DNA of 64,000 nt from Vicugna vicugna (lineage: Eukaryota). The stretch covers positions 558,001 to 622,000 of the forward strand of contig MU058444.1 of assembly GCA_013265495.1 (NCBI GenBank), written 5' to 3'. A model generated the notes under the pieces. It did not search any database. It was not told the DNA's origin and saw only the letters and a program-made list of their open reading frames with translations. Below, one piece after another: positions 26,901-38,709 of the stretch; position 1 is the stretch's first letter; each line of letters opens with the position of its first letter. A program made the position numbers and the translations under genes.

Positions 26901-27797
26901 TACTGGAGCCCTAATGGTGAACAGCATGGGATGCACATGACTTCCAGGGGCCACGGTCTCAGGATGACAGCACCACACTCGGGAAACACAGTGCTTTGTG
27001 TCAGTGTTGCCATGAACGGTCACGTCTGTCTTTGAGAGATGTTCTTAAGAAGGTTACGCTCTGGCTTGAGTCGTTCACAAATCTTGGTGGGGGACAGATG
27101 TCAGAGGGATGGCTTCCTGAAGACAAATGGGGTGAAAGAGGTTTTATAAGAGGATGTGGTTTAGCCAAAACACAAGCCCAAAGGAGGGAATTCTGATTAG
27201 CAGGCGGATGATCCTTGGAGACTCTAAAATGTAAACACATCCTGTGACAGGCAGGCAAGAAAAAAACCCACTTGACCATGTTGCATATTTTCTTTTCTTC
27301 TAGTTGCTGGCTTCTCATTTCTCTAGTTGGGTGGAGGGGATTTTGTCTGTCTTTGGAGAAGCAGTGACATTTATGAGAAAGCCCTGCACTGGCGACAAAC
27401 ACTCCTCAAAGCTTTCTATTCGTTTGGTGGCAGCTGTAATCAAGAGTGTAATAAAACTCAACTGAACGATTTATTCAAACGTGGCTTGTTGATTAGCCCA
27501 TGGTGGTGGTGAGCAAAGGTCTGATTAATCTCTTCTACAATATCTGGTGCTGGAGTGTCCATGCAGGATCAAAGGATGCTTTGTCTCATTTCATCTGAGC
27601 TTTCCATTTTGTTGATCTATGCTGAATAATGCTCTGATGATAAAACTAGTAACTTTTCTGTTTTTTTTTTTTTTGAGGCAAAATAGTAATTTGTTCTCCA
27701 GAACACTCACCACCAAGTAAACAGGCTTGGAGATCTCTCTCTTTCCTCCTGTGTTTACCTACTCTCTATAGTAAGCCATCCATCTATATGGAATGCA

Positions 27798-27893
27798 TTT
27801 TATTTTATTTTTTTTTTCATGGAGGTACTGGGGATTGAACCCAGGACCTCGCGCATGCTAAGCACATGCTCTACCACTGAGCTATACCCTCCC
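27798..27893 (-). mobile_element. tRNA-Ala-derived SINE, short form, with near-intact cloverleaf
   Basis: The reverse complement of 27820-27891 folds as tRNA-Ala(AGC) and is followed by an A-rich tail. Confidence 0.9.
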
Positions 27894-29650
27894 TCCCTTG
27901 TAATTTATTTTAACGTTTTAGCTTCATCATTTCTATTCTGATTGTGAGAGGGTGCTTGCACTTGATTTGTTCCCCCACGTAACATCTGTAGCCCTCGCGC
28001 TTTACAAAGCCTCTGCATTCAGCACACACAGCTTCAGCATTATTTCTCTGGAACCTTTCCCATTGTTTCTTCCCTCATCAACGAAATATCTTGTCTACCT
28101 GATGCTCCTTCACTCAGCCAGGAAAACGTGAATTCATTATATTCCCTAAGGCAATGATTGAGTTTAAACCTCCTTTTTTATTCTCTCTCTCTCTCTCTCG
28201 ATTATTTAAATATCTTCCAATCCCCCAACCCGATCTATATTCCGTGCATCAGCCACCGTGACTTCTTTTGACATGAAAATCTGATCACGCTTGCCCCTGT
28301 CTTGCTTAGAGACTTCAGTGGCTTGTCACTGCCTTAAAAATGAAGCCCAAACTCCTCATCTGACATGAGAGCTTCATTGTCTTGTGTTTTTGCTGCATGG
28401 CGCCATCAGCTACACCAGCCACTCCTGAACTGCTTCTGATTTCTGAAAGGGACTCTCTTGCCTCTAGTATGTGGCTTTTCATTTTGCAAAATGGCCCACA
28501 CCACTGCCTCCCCATCTCCCCTCTCCCATCTCCCGAGTGTCTTCCCGGTGGAATGTTACCACTTCTTGTGCTTTGAGAGCACCATCTCTCGAGACTGTCA
28601 CTCTGTGTTGCAATCATGACTCTGCCGCTTACTAGCTCTGGACCTAGAGTAGGTTATCCTGCCCTTTGGTTCTTTTGTTTCCTCATTTGTGAAACAGGGT
28701 AAAATTAGTGCTCATGTCATTAGGCTTTTGTCAACACTGAATAAACACATACAATGCATTTATCACGCAAGTACACAATAAATTATTATGATTAAATCCA
28801 TTAACAGTGTCACATTTTATGTACTTTTTTTGATCACCTTGAAGGTAATAAAAAAGCAAAGCTATTATGACCTGAGATCTTAAATGGAAGAAAGCATTCC
28901 AAAGCCAGGTATAGATGATTTGAGAATTACTGGTGCATTAGGATCAGTCCTTTGCTGTTGTGTTTTGTTGATTTGGGTAGTTGATGCCCAGTTTAAGTGT
29001 ATGAATAGTGCTCCAAAGACCCATTTAATAATAAAAATTCCTATGTAAACAAAAGAACCTCCCTCTGTTTAAGTGTCAATGTGTTTTAGCTGCAGTGCAA
29101 TAGCCTCGTCCGGTAGGATTGCCATTTTATGAAGTCGCTGTGTTTTGAGATGTTTTACGTTCACATAAGCATTTACCGTCTACAGACACGTCCGCACTTC
29201 CTGCGGGTCTGAGTGTGATTTTTCTCCTTTGCTTTGGAGCTTTGCAATTAGAGGCCTGTTGTGAGAGTTGAAACAAATTTAACTTTGTTTCCTCTCTATG
29301 ATATCTGTCAGTGTGTGTGTGTTTTTTTTTAACAATTCATTCATTCAATAAACATTTAATTGCTGCCTCTGCTGTGTGCCAAGCGCTGTTAGGGTTTGTG
29401 TAGGACACAGAGATAAGTAAGCTGTGGTCTTAGGCTCCAAGTCATCAGCATCTGCTGTTTTTTTTTTCTATGTTATGAATATCTTTGTTTTTAATGACCA
29501 TCAAATCTTAGTGTTTATACTTGATAGACTCTACTACAATCAGCAGTAAGTTACTGACGTCATTGTTTAACTATTAACTGCAATGAAACTTAAACACTTA
29601 TTTCTCCTTAATTCCACCCCCATCACATCCTGGGCACCTTTTCTATGAAG

Positions 29651-29704
29651 CCGAGTCATCCAATGGTGGCTATTCCTGAACACGAAACTCTTGACTCCAA
29701 AGAG
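29651..29704 (+). CDS. MLIP: MLIP penultimate coding exon, 54 nt, phase 0/0 (missed by the ORF track)
   Basis: ccttttctatgAAG acceptor and GAG|GTAAAT donor. Encodes PSHPMVAIPEHETLDSKE, matching the recalled MLIP C-terminus (..SHPMVAIPEHE.LDSKEQ), in frame with exon 7542-7748. Confidence 0.9.
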
Positions 29705-30944
29705 GTAAATACACGTAAGGTACAATCGGACATCTGGTTATCCATTTGCACGTGACACTCGGTTGTAGAAATAAGCCAATCTTATTTTTTTTAATATTCA
29801 TAAAATCAGGTTTTTTTTTTCAAAGAAAGAGTGAACTGGCCTGCTCTGGGTTGTTTGGAAGCCCCTGACAGTTAAATGAGTAAATTGTTGCTGCTTCTCC
29901 GTGTGGAAGATGGTACTAAGTTCCCCGTGTTTGTAGGACCTTGATCACAAGCAAACTTCTATCCTGACTGTCTGTCTTTGTGATGTTCTCTCTGCAGTCA
30001 TATGTGAAACCACCCTTGTCTTCTTTTCCTAGAGGGTCAGTGGATGTCCCATAATACGTCTATGTGTACCTCATGGTAGCTCAGTTTCCCAGCCTCCAAG
30101 AGAATTTTGCCTATGGCAGGTAGCGTCCCAGCGAAGCATCTCAAACACAGCCTCTAAATTTCATGCAAATGTCTAAACACTTTCACGTTTTGAGCTGACA
30201 GACACAAATCTAAATTTTAAAACCTTGTTATTTTTATAAATGCTATTCAAAGAGACCAGAAAACAACACTGTAAAAAAAAATTATACCAAAAAGACAAGA
30301 AAAAAATTTGTAAAGAAAATATTAATTTTGTGTTAATTAAAAGCAAGAATAATTGAACAATGTTTTCTTCTTCTACATCCTCTCAGGCAATAAATGTGGG
30401 AAATGTGAGGGAGAAAAGTGCTTTGATGGATTTCTCTTTAAGAAGGTGAAAAGTGAGCTCATTCATTCATTTCAGATACCCTCACAAATGAGGCATGCTC
30501 AATTCTGCAGCATCTAAGTTTAGGGGAAAAAATACAAAAGAGAAGCAGGAATAGTAAAATTCCAAATTCCAAATGAAATTCTAAATAAAATCTGAATTTA
30601 TCCCCCAAAGCATATTTTCCACAATTTAGGGCATATTAATCCACTTTTCAGAAACTGACATCCCTGTTTCTGCAAATTTTGAAACCTCTGTCATGCAAGA
30701 CCCATGTGCCTCTCTGCTACAACTGTACTTATTAAAATAATAAAAGCATGTTACGAGTAGGTGTGAATTCGTATCCTTGACCACATCTCTGATTTTTTTT
30801 TTTTTAAACCAGGATTATTGGCTTAATGAGTATGGACACATGGAAAACGTTCAATGCATGTAGCCAAGTAGCATTACTGAATAATTGTGGCAGTTGAAAT
30901 CTGTTACAATACCTGTTTCCATGTTTACTCACCAGCACTGAGAA

Positions 30945-31195
30945 TTACTATAAATTGCTAATTTATGGAGCGCTTACTATATGTTAATGTGTTAGTCACT
31001 TTATATGCATTCTTTTACTTAACCTTCACAAAACATTGTAAGTTAAGTATTATCATTGGTCCCATTTTACAGATGAGGAAAGTGGGGGGGAAATCAGTAT
31101 ATTGTATACAGTCAAAGAGCTGACCAGTGTCTGCACAATCAGGAACAGAATCCAGATATCACTGCCTGGAGCCTGAGCGCTTAACCAGTCTACTG
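30945..31195 (-). mobile_element. MIR SINE
   Basis: atttatggagcgcttactat...cccattttacagatgaggaaa MIR core. Confidence 0.8.
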
Positions 31196-32350
31196 TCCTC
31201 CATCACTTTCTTCATCTAAAACTCTATGCCGTTTAAATCTTTTCCCCTTTGAAAATCATGTTTTCAAATATTTGCAATTTAAAAGGGAAAATGATGTTTC
31301 GTTTTCATTTATGTTAAAAATTTCTGTCTTTTTCTGTTATTTTCATCTATTTTGCTTTTGCATCGTATTACACATTTATGTACTGATTTGGCAATATTTT
31401 TACTATTGAGTTGTAAACTCCCTTTATATACTAAGGAGATGAACTGTTTGTCAAGTGTGGCAAATTGTGTAATAGTAAAAAAAAATTGGACAAATATAAA
31501 TGTCCTAAAATAGGAGAATGTTTGAATACATTTTGCTGATTTCAGATGAATGTTAAAAAATAGCCAAATATTCCCTTTCAAACATAAGAATTTTGGCTCA
31601 AGTTTACAGTGGCTCTAGATACAAATGAGAATGTTTCTAGACAATCAGAGAAAATCAATTGGTTATTTAAATAACAGAAGCGTTTGGTTCAGATAATGAC
31701 TGCTGAATGAAGAAATTCTGAATGTTGAGTAATGTGAAAGGCTCTGTTGCTGAGAAGAAAGAGCAGGGTAGATGCAATAGTGTAGAATCTGCATTTTTTT
31801 TTTTTACCAGTTATGCACAACCGTAGCAACAAAACTTAAAATTAAGCTAGCGGATAAGATTGCCAAAAAATAATTTCAACTCTCATGTTTAGAATATACA
31901 AAAAGAAAAACAAAACAAAACCAAAAAAACCATCATAAAATAACCCCAAACTTTGAAGTTTAACAATGGTGAGAGAGAGTTATTGTTAGTATTAAAAGAA
32001 ACAAAATTAAGCAGACTACCATTTTATGCATCTAATATGCTGTCTTTTACTTCTTTATAACACTGGCACATTTGGGAGCCGTTTAACACCTTTTTTTACA
32101 ATTCCTTATGCCATGTGGTCAGACTGTAATATTTACCCGAGTATTTTTCCCAAACCCTCTCTTTGTTACTTATTTACCTGCAAAGCACCGACCAAGAAAA
32201 CGACTTCTTTTGCTTTATGCATTTCTGGTCTTATGAGTATAGGACCTAAGAAGTAAAATGTGCTAGTGACCAACCCAGTGTGAATAAACAATCATGGAGA
32301 ACCTTGATTGGATCTCAGAATTTCTGCCTAGCTGTTCTCTCCTTTTCTAA

Positions 32351-32478
32351 TTTTTTTGGGGGGTGTAGGAGTGGAGAGATAATTAGGTTTATTTATTTTT
32401 AGAGGAGGTACTGGGGATTGAACCTGTGACCCTATTCGTGCTAAACATGCGCTCTACCACTTGAGCTATACCCTCCCC
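32351..32478 (-). mobile_element. tRNA-Ala-derived SINE
   Basis: Antisense head (ctctaccacttgagctataccctcccc) and tail module (taattaggtttatttatt). Confidence 0.9.
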
Positions 32479-32879
32479 ACCTTCATTTCCTACATGATAG
32501 CAGTTTGCCTTTCTCGCAACCATACTCCTGTTTCCTGCATACGCTCCGTGCTATTCGTAGACACTAGTTTTTAAAATTAGCTCAGTAATTCATTTAAAAG
32601 CAAATAGACCACAGATTTATCTGATTTAATTTGATCACCATCTGGATAAGTCCTATGATTTATAAAGTACATTGAAAACCAACTAACTCAAAACAACGAT
32701 GCTGCTTCTCATCTGGTTCAATGGTTCAATGTTTCTCAGCTCTGGTTCTGAGCAGCAGCATCTCCTGGGACTTTTTTAAAGTCCGAGTAACAGGGTTCCG
32801 CTCTGGGAAACTGAAATCCAGAATCTCTGGAGGTGGGCGGAGGCAACTTTGAAGTCTCCACGTGCATTGTGATCCTCAA

Positions 32880-33072
32880 ATACATATATTTCTTTTCATA
32901 TTCTTTTCCATTACAGATTATTACAAGATATTGAATCTAGTTCCCTGTGCTGTACAGTAGGACCTTGTTGTTTATCTGTTTTATATACAGTAGTGCTTAT
33001 CTGCAAATCTTGAATTCCCAATTTACCCCCCTCCCCCTGGTAACCAAGATTTGTTTTCCATGTCTGTGAGAC
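32880..33072 (-). mobile_element. L1 3' UTR fragment, next to a MER5-like relic (about 32720-32875)
   Basis: attacaagatattgaatctagttccctgtgctgtacagtagg is shared with the other L1 tails. Confidence 0.8.
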
Positions 33073-33914
33073 CTGTCACTCTTCATGTGACCTGCTACAT
33101 GTGGCCCTAGGACTATTTTATTTTTAACTTGAGGATCAATTGATTTCCAAAAACACAGTTAGATGCATTGGATTCTGACCTTTCAGATCCACTTGTCATT
33201 AACACAACTGGAGAGCTAATCATTCACCCGCTGCCCATAAAACACACACGAGGCAGATTCTTCTCCTGGTTTCTTATTCCTTCTCGCTGCAGACTTTTGA
33301 TAGCAGTTCTGCTGGCAAGGTGGCTGTCTGTGGCTGATTTCCCCCTGTGGTGTCTATAAGTTTCCATGTTCATTTTATTTGGAATTCCAGAACCTCCATG
33401 GCCATCTCAAATTCTAATTTTATGGACCAAGTGTCTCATTCCTTTATCTCTCTTCTCCAGATGAGATGCAGAAAAGAGAAAATAAGTTACTTGTTTATGG
33501 AAGCCACTCTCATTTTCTGATTTGCGTCAAGGGTGAAAAATCAAATTATTAAGAGGAATGGGCCCATTCTGTTCCCTTCAGGCAGCTTCCCATAGATATG
33601 ATTTATTAAGTCAAGCTTTGATAAATCTTGGATTGCAGTGTTGGAGGTTGTAATTATAGGTAAGAACTTGGAATCTGGATATTATTGACTGCTGGTTAGA
33701 AGGAGTTTTATATGCTTTGATGGACAACTGGCCAGCAGGCCAGGGTAACTTTGTCTTATAAAAACACCTGACACGAATACCTGAATGGATGCCCACCTTG
33801 CGCACGTACCCAGGTGGGCAAGGAGACAATAAAGAGACATTCCAGTCGTACCTCCAGACTTGGCAGCAGTGGACCCCATCAACATGAACTTCCTGTGTTA
33901 TAAACCCCCAGCTG

Positions 33915-34628
33915 TGTTGAGAAAATTAAAAAAAAAAATTTTGTCAACCCAGAATTCCTCTTCACAAAAGTAGTAGAGACAGAAAACACTTTTTATTATT
34001 GAATTAGTATTAAACCAGAATGTGATGTCTGTCCCGGACCAGCACGAAGAGGTTGCAAAGCCCAGATGGCATCTCACCCTTCATGTAGCCAAGCAGGTTT
34101 AACTCATTACATGTATGTTCTCGACATAAACAATAGTTCAGTTTCTCCCCAAGGAAAAGGATTTGACAGCACCATGCATTACACGCAGTTCATCCTAAAT
34201 CACCCTGGTGACTGGGGGGCCCCCCGCTTTAGTCAATTGGCTCTACACAAAGGAAGAATACACTTTTCATATCTTTATGGCAGGAGGCGGTTTTACGACT
34301 CGGAGCCAGGTGTCAGTTAATGTTAGGCTCCTCCCCTCCCTGGGAAGCTAGGAGAAACTAGCAGATAAGGCTGCCATCTCCCTGGGATGTTTACCTTCAA
34401 AGGAGATTGCTCTCAAGTCCTTGAGAAAGACTTTCCTGAGTCTTAAAGCCGACAAAATGCCCATCTTGTTTTCAAAAGGATTTATCTACATTTCGGACAG
34501 AGGGGTGTGTACCTAGAAGGACCAGTTTTCTGAAATAAATTTTTTAAGAACAGGGAAGGGAAATCTCTTCCTTTATTTTCAACAAGGAGAATTAAGCCTC
34601 TTTTTAGAAATTTCGATTTGTCCTTACA
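33915..34628 (-). mobile_element. ERV1-class solo LTR, about 714 bp
   Basis: TG...CA termini (tgttgag... / ...gtccttaca), 4-bp TSD-like gctg/cctg, antisense AATAAA near 33992 close to the LTR 3' end. Confidence 0.7.
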
Positions 34629-36690
34629 CCTGGTTGAGGTGGGGGCAGAATTGAGGTCCAAGAGCATCTGACTCTGACGTAGCCAATAAAAAGAATCAGT
34701 TGTGACTTATGTTCTTTTCTAGGGACTTGGTTGAAAATACTGTGGGAGAGGTGGCGGGCTGACGATTCTGGACTTTCAAACTCATTTCAATCCATGTATG
34801 TCAGGTTTTACATTGTAGTGAATCATGGCGAAGCTGAACGGAAGTCAGAGAGCAGGAGGATGGATATTCCTGTGTGTGCTGGTTTTTTAAGATACCCCCC
34901 TCCCCCGCCAAATAATAGAATGGGGGGAAATAACTATTTGGAGCTCCGGTCATCCAGATATTAAATGTTTTGACCTCAGATTCAATGTTGTGTCCCCTAG
35001 ACTCCATTTTACCTGCTTTATACCAACCCTGCCACCTTTACAGGGCCTTACTTACTAAACTATCATTGCTTCTGGCTTATGGAATCTGGCACTAGATCTT
35101 GTATTTTTAACCCCCAAATTAGTAAGCATGTAAGTGTCCCAAATGCATTTAAAATCTTTTGGGAAAAAAACTGAATATGTAGCAGTTAATAAAGTATGAT
35201 GTACCTTTTCTGGAATTGACTATTTACTCTGGAGACGTGAGGTCTGGTTTCATGTTGACAAGAACATACATGGAGGTCATTTTGCTTTCATCTGGCAGAC
35301 AAGAATATTCCAAGTGGGTTTTGTATTAAAAGGGAACGCAAAATCAATTTACACAGCACATTCTTTAAAAAAGTGCTTTCTGAGATGCTGGTTTAAAGTT
35401 TCACCACACTACATCACTTATTACCTAAAGTTAACTCTAAACAAACCAAATTAAAAAAAAAAACCCAAATTGGAAAGTGACTCCCTTTAAAATGATGATT
35501 TTCTAAATGTCTGAAGGTCTTTCTTATTTACATTTTCTTATCCAAAGTAAGTGTGTTGTTCCACGGGCCATATGATACAGAACTGAGCCTTCACGGCCAG
35601 GGGGCCTGTCTGAAAATACGGATTTGTTCATTTATTTGATTAATGATCGTCATCTTTCTCAGATGTGGAGATTGGTTTTTCCCCCAAGTTACTGAGCTCT
35701 TTACCCCTACTGAGATTGGCAGAGGGAAGTAAAAACTTCACAATGTGTCCACAATCATGACTCCACCTGTCACAACATAAAATGCATTCAAACCAGCCGC
35801 TGAATCGCGGTACCAGACATGCCTTTGACCTCCCGGTGGGTTCAGGAAGTGCTGAGAAACACCGCTGAGGCCGCCAGCATCGTGTCGGGGGATGGCCTAC
35901 CTGGTCCCCTTCAATCTGATTTAATTATTCCATGTCCAGTATTTTATTTGACATTATGATCCTGTCTACAAATGTATCCTTATAAATCTTCTGTGTAAAC
36001 TCTTTTGGTGACGGTGGGTTTACTGTTTACAAGCCAGACACTATTTATGTCTTCATGTGGCTGAGACAAACTAATGACTGAATAAAACGACAAAAACAAA
36101 CGGGAAACACTGAACAAACTTGGGTTTAAGTTCAAATTCCACGGCCTTGGGCGCGATATGTAATATTTGGAGCCTCCATTTCACTCTCCATTTCTGTGAA
36201 ATGAGATCAAAGGATTATGGTGAAGATTTGCATTAATGCATGGAAAGTGCTTAGCATATAAAACACACGGCGCTTAATAAGTGTCAGCCTAGTGGTAATG
36301 ATTTCTTGAAATCACTTGTCACAGTAACTCCCAGATGTTGCTTCTTTCAGGAAAATCAAATACGAGGTCGTTTTTATTTGTTAGAGAGAAAAGGCGAGGG
36401 AATTGAGTCATTTTCTCCTTTCATTCTAAAGCTTCGGCGAATTCCAGGCGATGGAAGCTACAACTCACTTATTCCGTGACTGTTGATTTTCTATGACCGG
36501 GGCAAATCAGTGCGGGATTGGATCTACCTCCTGTTTCTAGTCGCTTTTTCCCACCTCCTCCTTCTAGCCTAACAAATGCAGCTTCTCCGTGATGCGGTTG
36601 TATGTCCCTGTTTCCTCATCCTGCTCAGCCGCTTGGCCACGCCGCACGCAGCCTTCCTGTCTGCCTTCCTTACACCTTGCACGGCCCCGC

Positions 36691-36808
36691 TGTTCCCCTT
36701 GGAGCCAGCCCTGAGCCACAGCTCCCTCACACCACTGCTTCTTCCCCCTGTGATCCCGCCCAGGACAGAGCAGGGAGTGCAGCCTGCAGAAGAGAAGCTG
36801 ACCTCCCT
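36691..36808 (+). repeat. Diverged direct repeat, copy A (pairs with 38592-38709)
   Basis: tgttccccttggagccagc...gccacagctccctca...actgcttc...cagagcagggag...cagaagag...ctgacctccct is present in both copies. Confidence 0.9.
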
Positions 36809-37599
36809 TGTTTTCCGCCTCGAGATGTTCAGTCATGGCCATTTCCTTCCGTTGGCATCACTTCGTCACATTGTTCCACTAGGGTGCGGTTCCAGAACTA
36901 AATTTCCCTTCCGCCCTCCTCTCTGACGGGTTCCTTTGTACTTCTTCCTCGACTTGTATAATCTGCTAACACCTAGCTCCACTCAGTCAAGTTCATCTTA
37001 TCTGCTCCAGACAGTGTAACCCTATCCAATAGGAACACGTAGAGATGGATGGAGAACCAAGACACGATTCGATTGGCAGCATTAGGAAGCTAACTGAATC
37101 AATATGTGAGAAAAGGGCCAGAGGTCCATTTGCTGTCTCTCTTTTGTGCTGTGCCGTTTGGCAAAAGCTGGGACTGAATCCAGTCCCCGTTCACTCTCCC
37201 TCCCTGTTTTCGAGGATTACATTTTGGGGAGTGATGCTAAAGGAAGAGGACGGCAGCGGGCAAGTGGCTGAAGGGTGAGGAGTTGTGGGCGGCGTGGGGC
37301 TCTTCCCTACGGTGCCCTGCCCGTCCCAGCCACCCGCACCCCTTGCGGAGACACAGCTCTGCTGGTTTCTCCAGAGACCACAGTCTGATGTGAACAAACA
37401 GCTGCGTGTCTTTATCCCACATTAACTGCATAACAAGAAAAATCTATCGAGGAAAAAAAAATGAACAGAAGTTCCTTTCTTAGAAACCCTTTTTTAATGT
37501 GAGATGCTCTGTCTGAATATGAATGTTTACATTTGGGGGTGTGGCTTTAAAAAGTATGTACCCCCATGGACCTGACTCCTCTTTTCTCTGATTTTGCAG

Positions 37600-37605
37600 C
37601 AATGA
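37600..37605 (+). CDS. MLIP: MLIP terminal exon, coding part (Gln plus stop)
   Basis: Branch-like cctgac, strong pyrimidine tract and tttgCAG acceptor, then CAA TGA, giving the C-terminus ...LDSKEQ*. Confidence 0.85.
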   Translation, partial: Q

Positions 37606-38042
37606 AGATGGAGCAGGAGATGGAACCATAGACCGGGCTGAAGTTTTTTGGAGTGCTGGTGCTAATCACTTGCTAGATTTAACTTTTATTATTATCTTTA
37701 TTGTTTTCAGTCTTAGCGTTTTCTGTATGAACCGCAGCACAGCAGCAGACCTAAAAAAGCCTCGCGCCGGCACAGAACGTCACAGCATCACTAACGCCCG
37801 GCGTAGGAGACATTTACCTACAGCTTCTCCCATCTTCTGGTAGAGCCTTAACGCCTTCTGTTAAGCTGACAGCAATACTGATGCGCCCCTGTGTTTAGCA
37901 GCCAAATAAAGAAGAAATATGAGTAAATAGAAGAATGGGTGTGGCAATTTTTCAACACCAGTTTTATTTAACGCATACGTTACTTCCTGAATCAGGCTAT
38001 ATTCCCCTTCTGCTTAATTTTTTTGTTTTACATGTTAATAAA
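37606..38042 (+). other. MLIP: MLIP 3' UTR with candidate polyadenylation signals AATAAA at 37905-37910 and 38037-38042
   Basis: Follows the stop codon; two canonical hexamers. The true cleavage site cannot be determined from sequence alone. Confidence 0.65.
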
Positions 38043-38591
38043 AAAAAAAAAACTACTAAAAGAAATGAATCCACGCCTGCTCTCAGGGTTTCACTGAGGA
38101 GCTCTTGAATGTGAGAATGTTGGCATTTCACCAAACACACACTGTTATCCTGTTCTGGCTGGATTCTCCCGTTGACGGGACAGCCAGCCATGTTGAGCAA
38201 CCAGTCGCTGGAATGTGCCTAACATCACTGTCTCTCTGTCCACCACCCCATGATTCTTGTCGAGGCTGCTTCAGAGTCAGTTTGTGCTCATAATCTTGGG
38301 AGAAGCCAAGACCATAAAGCAAAGCAGACTGTGACAGTCCTGGGAGCCGACGCTCTGGCACAACCGGTGCCAGTGCCCGCGCCCGCCATGTTGGCTGTGT
38401 TCAGATTCTTTCCCAGCTGCCGTCCCCAGTAGCCTGTCCTCACCTTCTCTAAGTGGTTTCATTTTTTAGCCCTCTGCCCAGCTGGGAAGCCTGGGGCCAC
38501 CCCTCAGGAGGAATCCACAGTGGTTCTGGACAGTGAGCTCCTGGCATCAGAGGAGCCTCAGTAAAGGCTACTTATCCTTGCTCACAACCCA

Positions 38592-38709
38592 TGTTCCCCT
38601 TGGAGCCAGCTCTTTCTGGGCCACAGCTCCCTCAGACTACTGCTTCATTATCCCCATCATCCGGGGCAGAGCAGGGAGAGGTGCTCACAGAAGAGCAACT
38701 GACCTCCCT
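38592..38709 (+). repeat. Diverged direct repeat, copy B (pairs with 36691-36808)
   Basis: Same colinear blocks as copy A. Confidence 0.9.

Noticed and set aside
38037..38052. A-run after AATAAA as a retrocopy poly-A tail
   Set aside because: The MLIP exons are separated by introns, so this is a genomic A-run. It may cause oligo-dT mispriming.
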